42,085 bases of DNA from a virus (taxonomy: Duplodnaviria > Caudoviricetes): IMG/VR virus record IMGVR_UViG_3300027819_000265, positions 1 to 42,085 of that record; one strand, given 5' to 3'. Below, piece by piece: positions 27,106-35,498 of this stretch (positions are counted from its first letter, which is position 1; every line of letters starts with the position of its first letter). Made by a program: the position numbers and the translations under genes. Under the pieces are notes generated by a model. The model searched no databases. It was not told where the DNA came from and saw only the letters and a list, made by a program, of their open reading frames with translations.

Positions 27106-27915
27106 ATGCAAAAAAACAAATCATTTTCCTTGGTAGAATTATTAACCGTAATAGCAATTGTGGTTATATTGCTTTCTCTACTCCTGACCTCTTTAAGTCT
27201 TAGCAAACAGTTGTCTAGAAGGGTTAAATGTATATCTAATCATAAGCAATTAATACTTACATGGCAAATGTATGCTGACGATAATCTGGAAAGATTGGCA
27301 AACAATGGTTATATACCAGGAGGAGGAAATGAAAATATTAAAATGTGGGTTCAGGGATACCTAAACCATGCTTCTTTCTTAAAAGATTCTTTTGATGAAG
27401 AATTACTGATTAATCCCAAATTCGCCCAATTTGGAAACTATATAAAAGAAAAAAAGATATATAAGTGTCCGTCAGATAATAAAACATTTAACCACGATAA
27501 TAAAACATTTGAAAAAATAAGAAGCTATTCTATGAACTGCTATATGGGGTGGGAAAGTTCAATCGGCGGCGGTCCAAATCCCAAGTCTGTATTCTATAAA
27601 CAACAAGATATTAAAGACCCGTCCAACAAACTTGTATTTATAGATGTAAATCCAGAGAGCATTTGCTGGCCATTTTTTGGAATAGAAACACCTATCTGGC
27701 CAATTGAAGGTTTAAGATATAACGATTTTTTTCAAATGTTTCCATCTTCTTTACATTCTAGAAATGCCAACATTGCTTTTTCAGATGGACATGTAGAATC
27801 ACACAGATGGAAAGATAGCAGAACAATAAAACCTGAAAATGTGTTTTGGCATTATCACCGTCACGAATCAAAAGGAAATATAGATTTAGTATGGTTAAGA
27901 GAACGAGCAAAGTAG
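27106..27915 (+). CDS. Prepilin-type N-terminal cleavage/methylation protein with H-X9-DG domain, copy 2
   Basis: MQKNKS|FSLVELLTVIAI, C.SNHKQL, YKCPSD, RSYSMN, HSRNANIAFSDGH. Confidence 0.9.
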   Translation: MQKNKSFSLVELLTVIAIVVILLSLLLTSLSLSKQLSRRVKCISNHKQLILTWQMYADDNLERLANNGYIPGGGNENIKMWVQGYLNHASFLKDSFDEELLINPKFAQFGNYIKEKKIYKCPSDNKTFNHDNKTFEKIRSYSMNCYMGWESSIGGGPNPKSVFYKQQDIKDPSNKLVFIDVNPESICWPFFGIETPIWPIEGLRYNDFFQMFPSSLHSRNANIAFSDGHVESHRWKDSRTIKPENVFWHYHRHESKGNIDLVWLRERAK

Positions 27916-28733
27916 GTTTTAGTTTGATAGAACTTTTAGTAGTAATAGCTATTATTATTATATTAGCTAGTTTATTATTACCAGTTTTATCTAAATCAAA
28001 AACAAAAGCCCACGCAATAAAGTGTTTAAATAATCACCGTCAATTAACATTAGCGTGGAAAATGTATGTTGATGATAATAATGATTATGTTCCCTATGCC
28101 TGGGGGTATAGAGGGAGTCCATTATCAAAATATGCCTGGATTTTAGGAATGCAAGATTTTAGTGATAATAATCCATCTAATTATGATCCTGAATATGATA
28201 TTAAACAATCTCCTTTATGGGGATATTGCGGGAAAAATTTGCAAATATGGAAATGCCCTGCCGATAATTCTACCGCCAAATTTAATGGAAAAGAAGTTCC
28301 GCGTCTAAGAAGCATGAGTATGAATTTTTGGGTTGGTGGACATGAAGGAACAGATGTTGGATTATCAGGACATGAATGGAAGGTATATCTAAAATTATCA
28401 GAAATCATAAATCCTGGACCATCAAAAACATATCTTTTTTTAGACATGAGGGAAGATTCTATAAATAGCGGTTCATTCTATATTGATATGACTGGGTTTC
28501 CAGATAAACCAGAACTAACTAACTTCTATCAAGACTGGCCCGCTGGTTATCATAATAGAGGAGGAGGATTTTCTTTTATAGATGGACACTCGGAGACAAA
28601 AAAATGGTTAGATTCAAGAACTACTCCGGTCTTAAGAAAGAAAAACCATTTACCATTTGATAGACCCGTTCCATCGCCAAATAATAAAGATATAGTTTGG
28701 ATGCAAGAGCGGTCAACAAGAAAAATAAGATGA
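27891..28733 (+). CDS. Prepilin-type N-terminal cleavage/methylation protein with H-X9-DG domain, copy 3
   Basis: MVKRTSKVG|FSLIELLVVIAII.ILASLLLP, C.NNHRQL, WKCPAD, RSMSMN, REDSIN, HNRGGGFSFIDGH; ATG 27891. Confidence 0.92.
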   Translation: MVKRTSKVGFSLIELLVVIAIIIILASLLLPVLSKSKTKAHAIKCLNNHRQLTLAWKMYVDDNNDYVPYAWGYRGSPLSKYAWILGMQDFSDNNPSNYDPEYDIKQSPLWGYCGKNLQIWKCPADNSTAKFNGKEVPRLRSMSMNFWVGGHEGTDVGLSGHEWKVYLKLSEIINPGPSKTYLFLDMREDSINSGSFYIDMTGFPDKPELTNFYQDWPAGYHNRGGGFSFIDGHSETKKWLDSRTTPVLRKKNHLPFDRPVPSPNNKDIVWMQERSTRKIR

Positions 28734-29818
28734 AAGATAAAAAAATAGAATTAACAGACATTCAGAAACTAACTATTCTACAAGAGTGGAATAACGATCT
28801 TGAAAACCCTCCTTCAATTGAAGAATTAAGAAAAGCAATGTTTGGAGAAAAAACATGGGAATCAAGATTTCAGACGAGAGCAATACGTGAATTTCTAGCA
28901 ACTAAAGATTTAACCCCCCGCGATTCACAAAAATATATTCCAAAAGATAAAGTGGTTTTAACCCCAGAACATAAAGAGTTTATTGCTAATAACTGTAGCT
29001 CTATGAAGCTTCTGGAGATGACAAGGACTCTTTTTAATAATCAAAGTCTGTCAATTCTTTCTCAAGAAGGTCGGGCGGTTACAGAATACGCAAGAAGCTT
29101 ACCTAATGTTGTTTTATTCAGTGGAGAAGAAAAAATAGTAGAAGGTGACTACAAACCACCCAAAAGAGTAGATCAAATATGCGCCAAAATCAACCAATAT
29201 GTTCATAGTAGCAACCTAAAAGAAGAAACATTGAAGCCTCACGAAAGAAAATGCGCTCTTGCTCTTATAGGTTACTTACATGTCTTTAGGTTTAAGAATC
29301 AAATTGATACTTATAATTCTGACAATGACAGATCACTTTTTGAATCTGAGTTTATTAGATGTTGTTATGATAAGCCCGATCTTAGCGAAGAAGAGGTTGA
29401 TCAATATATCATTTATGCAAACGAAGTAGTAATGGATTTAAGCACATTAAAAAGAATAGAACAATTCAAGATAAGACTAGATGAAGACTTAGAGGGAGAT
29501 AAAAGACTAAGTAAATCATTGGTTGATTCTATTAAATCAATGACAGAAGAACACAATATGTCTATCTCACGGCAAAATAGTTTATTGAATGATCTTAAAG
29601 GAAAACGAAAAGAAAGAATAAGTTTACTAATAAAAGAAAATAGTAGTCTGGTTCAATTAATTGAGGTTTGGAAAAATGAAGAACAACGAAAACAAATAGT
29701 AGGACTAGCTAAATTACGTAAAGAAAAAATAAAAGAAGAAATAAATAGAATGACCAACATGGACGAAATGAGATTACAAATATGGGGCGTTTCTCCAAAC
29801 GAAATCCTAAACTCTTAG
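28730..29818 (+). CDS. Conserved phage protein upstream of terminase (possible small-terminase role)
   Basis: Helical/coiled-coil C-terminus, directly precedes TerL; ATGA overlap. Confidence 0.5.
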   Translation: MKDKKIELTDIQKLTILQEWNNDLENPPSIEELRKAMFGEKTWESRFQTRAIREFLATKDLTPRDSQKYIPKDKVVLTPEHKEFIANNCSSMKLLEMTRTLFNNQSLSILSQEGRAVTEYARSLPNVVLFSGEEKIVEGDYKPPKRVDQICAKINQYVHSSNLKEETLKPHERKCALALIGYLHVFRFKNQIDTYNSDNDRSLFESEFIRCCYDKPDLSEEEVDQYIIYANEVVMDLSTLKRIEQFKIRLDEDLEGDKRLSKSLVDSIKSMTEEHNMSISRQNSLLNDLKGKRKERISLLIKENSSLVQLIEVWKNEEQRKQIVGLAKLRKEKIKEEINRMTNMDEMRLQIWGVSPNEILNS

Positions 29819-29821
29819 AAT

Positions 29822-31705
29822 ATGGCTTGGTATGATCATAAACAACCTATTCTATCTTACGATAACGTAAACGAAGAAATAGAAAAATTATCTGGCGAAT
29901 TAGATAATATCGCCGCCAAAATAACCTTAGCTAAATTTTTAAGGTCTAATATCGGTTTTTGTTTTGAATTAATGACTGGCGGCAAGAAGCTATTAGAACA
30001 ACAGGAAATTCTTCTAAAATCAATCCTCATAAGAGATAACAGTATGATAGTAGCGGCACGCGGATACTCTAAATCATTTTTGATTGCTGTTATGAGTATT
30101 ATGATGCCTATATTCTATCCTAACAGTAAAGGATGTTTAATATCTTCTAATTTTAGAAATGCTCGTCGAATACTTGAAAATGCCGACGCTATTATAAGAA
30201 GAAAAGAGTCTGTTTTATTACATCAATGTTTTCTTAATAAGCTATCTAAAGTTCCAGATCAATACACTCTTAAACTAGATAATGGGTCCGAAGTTTTTGC
30301 TCTTCCACTTTCTACGGGCGAAAATCTTCGTGGAACCCGCGCACATTGGGTAGTTGTAGATGAAGGACTTTTAATTAGTAAAGAAATTCAAGACAACATT
30401 CTTCGTCCGTTCTTAACTAACAAACAGAACTACGAAGAGGAAATGAAAATAAGGGAAATAGAAAATGAGTTGATAAAAGAAGGCACATTACAGGAAAGTG
30501 ACAGGATTTCATTTCCAAAAAATAAGTTCATAGTTTTTTCTTCGGCTTCTTATAAGTTTCAATATCTGTATGAGATGTTTAGTTACTATGTAGAACAAAC
30601 ACTAAATCCATCAAAAGAAAAAGACGCTCCTACTTACTTTGTTATGCGAGCGTCCTGGGAAGCTATTCCGCAAGATACTAGTATTTTAGATACAACACAA
30701 ATAAGGTCTGCCGCGCAAGCACAAGGGGAGAATTCTGAATCGTTTAAGAGAGAATATAAAGCCTTGTTCTCGGATTCCGGCGACGGTTACTTTAACGCCA
30801 GAAAATTACACGAATGCACAATAAAAAGTGGAGACTTTCCTACAACACAGATAAAAGGAGACAAAGGAAGTGAATATATTCTAGCTATTGACCCTTCTTA
30901 CTCTGGTTCTAAAACGTCTGACTACTTTGCAATGGGTGTTTATCTGATAAACAAAGAAGAACGACGGATTACTTTGGTTCATACCTACGGAAAAGCAGGG
31001 GGGAATATAAAAGATCACTACAATTATCTTACTTATCTTCTTACTTTCTTCAATATTGTTTTTGTTATCCCTGATATTACTAACGGCGCGGATTTTATAA
31101 GTAGTTATAACGAATCCACGGTTTGTAAAGAAAAAAACATTAAACTAGATTTTGTGGAATGTAAATTTGATAATTTAAGTGATCAAGAATATATAGAAGA
31201 AATTAAAAAACTAAAACAACAATATAACAAAATAACTGGCAAAATAGCAATAGGACAGATATTCGGAACTCATAGCGTAACCACTATGAATCAGAATCTT
31301 CAGTTAATGATAGATAAACAGAAGATATGGTTTGCTTCTGCGGTTGGGGCCAACGATGAAATGTTAAACAAATATAAAGGAATAACCTTACCTTTCTCGT
31401 TTACAGATAAATTCGATAAAACTTATCAGGACATAGATTTCTTGGAAGAACAAGATTACTGGATAACAGAGACTAAAGCACAAATAGCTTTAATAGAAGT
31501 AAAAACTACGGCTACGGGAACGCTACAGTTTGATTTGCCGGGGAACTTAAAAAGATCGTCTTCTACCAATCCAAACCGCCCGCGCAAAGATCAATACACT
31601 TGCTGTTTAATGGCTGGCTGGGCGGCAAAGATATATTTTGATATGTTGTTTAACGCTGAAGATGTTAAACCTACTAATAATTTTATGCCTATTATTCTAA
31701 GGTAG
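29822..31705 (+). CDS. terL: Terminase large subunit
   Basis: AARGYSKS Walker A, LRG...VVVDE Walker B, SSA coupling motif, F.REY.A.F, LAIDP....SD, KD nuclease residues. Confidence 0.85.
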   Translation: MAWYDHKQPILSYDNVNEEIEKLSGELDNIAAKITLAKFLRSNIGFCFELMTGGKKLLEQQEILLKSILIRDNSMIVAARGYSKSFLIAVMSIMMPIFYPNSKGCLISSNFRNARRILENADAIIRRKESVLLHQCFLNKLSKVPDQYTLKLDNGSEVFALPLSTGENLRGTRAHWVVVDEGLLISKEIQDNILRPFLTNKQNYEEEMKIREIENELIKEGTLQESDRISFPKNKFIVFSSASYKFQYLYEMFSYYVEQTLNPSKEKDAPTYFVMRASWEAIPQDTSILDTTQIRSAAQAQGENSESFKREYKALFSDSGDGYFNARKLHECTIKSGDFPTTQIKGDKGSEYILAIDPSYSGSKTSDYFAMGVYLINKEERRITLVHTYGKAGGNIKDHYNYLTYLLTFFNIVFVIPDITNGADFISSYNESTVCKEKNIKLDFVECKFDNLSDQEYIEEIKKLKQQYNKITGKIAIGQIFGTHSVTTMNQNLQLMIDKQKIWFASAVGANDEMLNKYKGITLPFSFTDKFDKTYQDIDFLEEQDYWITETKAQIALIEVKTTATGTLQFDLPGNLKRSSSTNPNRPRKDQYTCCLMAGWAAKIYFDMLFNAEDVKPTNNFMPIILR

Positions 31706-31850
31706 TCTCTTTCTCTAATTTTTTCTTCCAGTAATCAAGTTTTTTTATTCTTTGAATATGAAATTCTAATAGTCTTGTGGCTGATTTGTCTTTATTGATT
31801 TGATTTTGAAGTTGGTTTATCAAACATTTAATTGTATTAGATTTGTTCAT
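31692..31850 (-). CDS. Hypothetical 52-aa protein (below track cutoff)
   Basis: MNKSNTIKCLINQ...TTLE*, overlaps deaminase stop. Confidence 0.45.
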   Translation of the reverse strand: MNKSNTIKCLINQLQNQINKDKSATRLLEFHIQRIKKLDYWKKKLEKETTLE

Positions 31851-32256
31851 ACTTTTCAAACTGTCCTTCAGAATTAGAGAAAATTACATTCTTGAAGGAA
31901 AACACCTGAAGTAAATTTTCGCATGAAAAACAGGGACGAGAATTTCTGATTTGATTTTGTTGATTCACTCGAATATTAATCAGTGAACACTTCTTAGAAG
32001 GAATGTTTGTTAAATTCTTTAATTGTTTTATAGCATTTAACTCTGAACAACTACCTCGAATTCCTGAAATATTATACCCTTCTTTGGAAAATCGTGGGTT
32101 TCTCAAATTAACAGGAGTTGTTTTTATTGTATTGTTACTAAATGCAATAATTCGCCCCTTATAAATGATAAAGGAAAAGTGGCAATTCCGCCCGACAAAA
32201 TCACGTTTGTCGAAAGCAAAGGCGATTTCTTTTATTTTTTCTATCTGGTTGTTCAC
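31837..32256 (-). CDS. Cytidine/nucleotide deaminase-like zinc protein
   Basis: HFSFI, CSE (H/C-x-E), SRPCFSC; GTG 32256 overlaps upstream TGA. Confidence 0.7.
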   Translation of the reverse strand: MNNQIEKIKEIAFAFDKRDFVGRNCHFSFIIYKGRIIAFSNNTIKTTPVNLRNPRFSKEGYNISGIRGSCSELNAIKQLKNLTNIPSKKCSLINIRVNQQNQIRNSRPCFSCENLLQVFSFKNVIFSNSEGQFEKYEQI

Positions 32257-32390
32257 AATTTTCTTTTTATTTTCCAATACCAATCTTCTACTCTTAGAGA
32301 GATAAAAACGCAGAACAATAAAAAACAAGACAAAAAATCAAGAATAATGTCTTTTGTTCTCTTAAATAGATTTTTCTTGTGTTTTTTCAA
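32253..32390 (-). CDS. Small membrane protein, 45 aa (below track cutoff)
   Basis: MKKHKKNLFKRTKDIILDFLSCFLLFCVFISLRVEDWYWKIKRKL*; TTGA and GTGA overlaps on both sides. Confidence 0.5.
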   Translation of the reverse strand: MKKHKKNLFKRTKDIILDFLSCFLLFCVFISLRVEDWYWKIKRKL

Positions 32391-32653
32391 GGAAGGGCTA
32401 CTCTGGGAAATATAACATCGTTTTTGTGTTGCTCTTTCCAGTCTCGTTTATATTCGCGGACTTTGCTTTGGTTCTTTTTCTGCCAGTCTGTTACTTGTTT
32501 CTTGATTTTGGACTTGTTTTTATTGTAACGGGCGGTATTATATTCTTTGATACATTGCTTGCAAACATACTTGTAGCCCGTTTTCGCGCCGGATTGTTGA
32601 TTGAATTCTGTTAGTTCTTTTTCTTGCAAACATTTAGTACATTCTTGTGTCAT
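32387..32653 (-). CDS. Zinc-finger protein (HNH/Endo VII N-terminal-like, no nuclease domain)
   Basis: CTKC...EF...CKQC then basic helix; start at ATG 32653 just after promoter. Confidence 0.6.
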   Translation of the reverse strand: MTQECTKCLQEKELTEFNQQSGAKTGYKYVCKQCIKEYNTARYNKNKSKIKKQVTDWQKKNQSKVREYKRDWKEQHKNDVIFPRVALP

Positions 32654-32660
32654 ATTGTTT

Positions 32661-32689
32661 ATACTAACGATGGTTGATAAAAAAGTCAA
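32661..32689 (-). promoter_or_regulatory. sigma70-type promoter, leftward
   Basis: TTGACT (32689-84), 17 bp, TAGTAT (32666-61), ATG 7 nt later. Confidence 0.65.
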
Positions 32690-32697
32690 GAAAAACA

Positions 32698-32726
32698 TTG
32701 ACTCTTCTAAAAAATCATGGTAATAT
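32698..32726 (+). promoter_or_regulatory. sigma70-type promoter with extended -10, rightward
   Basis: TTGACT 32698-703, 17 bp, TGG-TAATAT 32721-26, ATG 6 nt later. Confidence 0.7.
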
Positions 32727-32732
32727 GGACAC

Positions 32733-33608
32733 ATGAGTAACATAAAAATTATTAGAAATAAATATAACCTGGATTTCAAATCTTTTGTTTTTCCAGCGGG
32801 AGAGGTTAGTGTTAAACTAAATCTAAATTCCACAGCTTATTCTGCTAAAACTAATTTTTTTGCCGCCTCCGATCATCAAACAATAATCGCTAAAATTAAG
32901 AATAGTAATGATGTTTTGGAGTTAGCAATGATTACTAACGCTCTTAGAAAAATTGACAACACACCTATTTATCTTTTAATGCCTTACTGTCCTTATTCGA
33001 GACAGGATCGTGTTTGCGATAAAGGAGAGTCTTTTAGTTTGAAAGTTTTTGCTGATTTTATTAATTCTCTAAGATTTGAACAAGTCTGTATTGTTGACCC
33101 GCATAGTAATGTTATTGAAGCTGTTTTTAATAACTTACAAATAATTACTCAGTTTCAAATAATAAATGAGTGGACAGATTTTATTACTAAAATTTGTAAA
33201 AATAAAGGCGTAAAATTTATTTCCCCCGATGCCGGATCAAACAAAAAAACATCTGAGATTGCCGGATTCTTTCAGCATACTGATTTTATTCGTGCCGATA
33301 AGTTAAGAGACTTAACAAATGGAAATATAAAAGAAACCATTGTTTATTGTGACGATTTTAATCAAAAAGATGTAGTTTGCGTGGATGATCTTTGTGACGG
33401 CGGAAAGACGTTTACAGAATTAGCCAAAGTTTGTAAATCTAAAAATTGCAGCAAGTTTATTCTATATGTTACTCATGGTATTTTTTCCAAAGGGATAGAT
33501 ATTCTCATTGAAAATGGGATTGATGAAATATGGACAACTGATAGTTTTTATTCTGGGAATGATAGCAGAGTAAATGTATTAAAACTAGAAGAAAAAATAG
33601 AAACATAA
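32733..33608 (+). CDS. prs: Ribose-phosphate pyrophosphokinase-like protein (NARP1 Adps-type)
   Basis: FPAGE, MPYCPYSRQDR, VDPHS, ISPDAG, K.RD, VDDLCDGGKTF, VTHGIFS. Confidence 0.9.
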   Translation: MSNIKIIRNKYNLDFKSFVFPAGEVSVKLNLNSTAYSAKTNFFAASDHQTIIAKIKNSNDVLELAMITNALRKIDNTPIYLLMPYCPYSRQDRVCDKGESFSLKVFADFINSLRFEQVCIVDPHSNVIEAVFNNLQIITQFQIINEWTDFITKICKNKGVKFISPDAGSNKKTSEIAGFFQHTDFIRADKLRDLTNGNIKETIVYCDDFNQKDVVCVDDLCDGGKTFTELAKVCKSKNCSKFILYVTHGIFSKGIDILIENGIDEIWTTDSFYSGNDSRVNVLKLEEKIET

Positions 33609-33628
33609 TAAACTAAATAATAAAAAAT

Positions 33629-33691
33629 ATGAAAACAAAAATAGTATTCCTTGGTGGGACTTGTAACGGAAGTCTTTGGCAGAATCATTAG
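33629..33691 (+). pseudogene. N-terminal relic of nucleoside 2-deoxyribosyltransferase-like gene
   Basis: MKTKIVFLGGTCNGSLW then stop after 20 aa. Confidence 0.6.
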
Positions 33692-33709
33692 ACATTTTAC
33701 AAAAAACAA

Positions 33710-33738
33710 TTGACAAAATTAAAAAAAATAACTAACAT
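33710..33738 (+). promoter_or_regulatory. sigma70-type promoter
   Basis: TTGACA 33710-15, 17 bp, TAACAT 33733-38, ATG 6 nt later. Confidence 0.7.
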
Positions 33739-33744
33739 AATAAC

Positions 33745-35235
33745 ATGAACATACAACCACTAATTCAAAATGATTTTTATAAACAATCACATTATCGTCA
33801 ATATCCTAATAATACGACAAAAGTTTATAGCAACGTAACTGCTAGAAAAAGTCGCATAGAAGGACTTAATTCTATTGTTGTCTTTGGTTTTCAATATTTT
33901 ATTAAAGCCTATCTAATAGAAGAGTGGAAAAGAAACTTTTTTGATAAACCGTGGCAAGAAGTTGAGTCCAAATATTTAAGAACAATAAATAATACCCTTG
34001 GTCCGAACGCAGTTACAACCACACATATCAAAAAACTTCATGATCTAGGTTATTTACCTCTTTCTATTAAAGCTCTTCCAGAAGGAGTTAGCGTTCCTAT
34101 TAGAGTCCCATGCTTAACTATAACAAATACAGTTGATCATGCTTATTGGTTAGTTAATTATCTTGAAAGCATTCTATCTTGTATTACTTGGCAGCCTATT
34201 ACGAGCGCAACAATTGCAAAAGAATTCAGGAGAGTTTTGAATAAGTATGCGTTAGAAACAGTTGGTAATACTGATTTTTGCCAATGGCAGGGGCATGATT
34301 TTTCATTTCGCGGAATGTCTAGTTTAGAATCAGCCTGTACAAGTGGGGCGGCACATTTGCTATCATTTACCGGAACTGATACTATCCCTGTAATTGAATT
34401 CTTGGAACAATATTACAATGCAGATGTTACCAAGGAATTAATTGGGGCAAGTGTTCCAGCTTCCGAGCACTCGGTAATGTGTTTTGGCGGAAAAGAAGAT
34501 GAAATTAAAACATTTGATAGACTTCTGGATTTATTTCCAGAGGGAATTCTAAGCGTTGTTTCTGATACCTGGAGTTTACCAAACGTAGTATGTGATCTTT
34601 TACCAAGACTAAAAGATAAAATACAGAATAGAAAAGGTAAATTAGTTATCCGCCCTGATTCATTTTGGACAGACCCAGTAGATTGTCTTTGTGGATTTGA
34701 TGGCTATCACCCTCAAATGGAAAAACTAAACGAACAAGAAAAACTTTCTATCAGAAAAGGATTAATTGAATCTCTTTGGGATATTTTTGGCGGAACTATA
34801 AGCAATAAAGGATATAAGATTTTAGCTCCTTGTATTGGTGCAATCTATGGTGATTCAATAACCATTGAGAGAGCAGAAAAAATCTGTCAACGACTAAAAG
34901 AAAAAGGATTTGCTTCTATTAATTCTGTTTATGGAATTGGGTCTTATACTTATCAGTATAATACTAGAGACACTTTTGGTCTAGCAATTAAAGCTACTTA
35001 TGGAGTTGTTGAAAATCAACCCATTGAAGTATTTAAAGACCCGGTAACAGACGATGGAATGAAAAAGTCTGCTAAAGGTTTAATTAAAGTTGAAGGAACA
35101 AGTGGACACTACATCTATAAAGATTGTGTTTCAATAGAAGAAGAGCAGAGCGGTGAACTATTGGAAGTTTTCAGAGATGGTAAATTATTAATTGATTATT
35201 CTCTTTGTCAGATAAGAAACAATATCAATAAATAA
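33745..35235 (+). CDS. nadV: Nicotinamide phosphoribosyltransferase-like protein (NARP1 Namat-type)
   Basis: DFYK.SH..QYP, HDFSFRG, F.GTDT, SVPASEHSVM, VSDT, IRPDS, IYGDSIT, TRDT, KDP.TD.G.KKSAKG. Confidence 0.92.
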   Translation: MNIQPLIQNDFYKQSHYRQYPNNTTKVYSNVTARKSRIEGLNSIVVFGFQYFIKAYLIEEWKRNFFDKPWQEVESKYLRTINNTLGPNAVTTTHIKKLHDLGYLPLSIKALPEGVSVPIRVPCLTITNTVDHAYWLVNYLESILSCITWQPITSATIAKEFRRVLNKYALETVGNTDFCQWQGHDFSFRGMSSLESACTSGAAHLLSFTGTDTIPVIEFLEQYYNADVTKELIGASVPASEHSVMCFGGKEDEIKTFDRLLDLFPEGILSVVSDTWSLPNVVCDLLPRLKDKIQNRKGKLVIRPDSFWTDPVDCLCGFDGYHPQMEKLNEQEKLSIRKGLIESLWDIFGGTISNKGYKILAPCIGAIYGDSITIERAEKICQRLKEKGFASINSVYGIGSYTYQYNTRDTFGLAIKATYGVVENQPIEVFKDPVTDDGMKKSAKGLIKVEGTSGHYIYKDCVSIEEEQSGELLEVFRDGKLLIDYSLCQIRNNINK

Positions 35236-35236
35236 A

Positions 35237-35482
35237 TTGAAAACCGCCGATTTAATTTCACTTAAACACCCCTTTTCACCAAAACGTGAAAAAGGAAGAA
35301 TTACTGAAATACATCCAGATCACCTTATCACAATAGTAAAACTTGATAATTTTCATGAAAATAAAAAATTCTTACTTACCCTGGGAAATAAGCATGTAGG
35401 ATACTTTTTCATTCGTCTATCCGAACAAGAACTAAAAGAAATAGGTAGTCAGGTTTCCTTGGCATTACAGTTAAAAAAATAA
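35237..35482 (+). CDS. Hypothetical protein
   Basis: ORF track, TTG start. Confidence 0.5.
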   Translation: MKTADLISLKHPFSPKREKGRITEIHPDHLITIVKLDNFHENKKFLLTLGNKHVGYFFIRLSEQELKEIGSQVSLALQLKK

Positions 35483-35498
35483 TATATCAAAAAAAACT

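Noticed and set aside
32654-32833. N-terminal 60 aa of track ORF 32387-32833
   Set aside because: Overlaps prs and both promoters; promoter spacing points to ATG 32653
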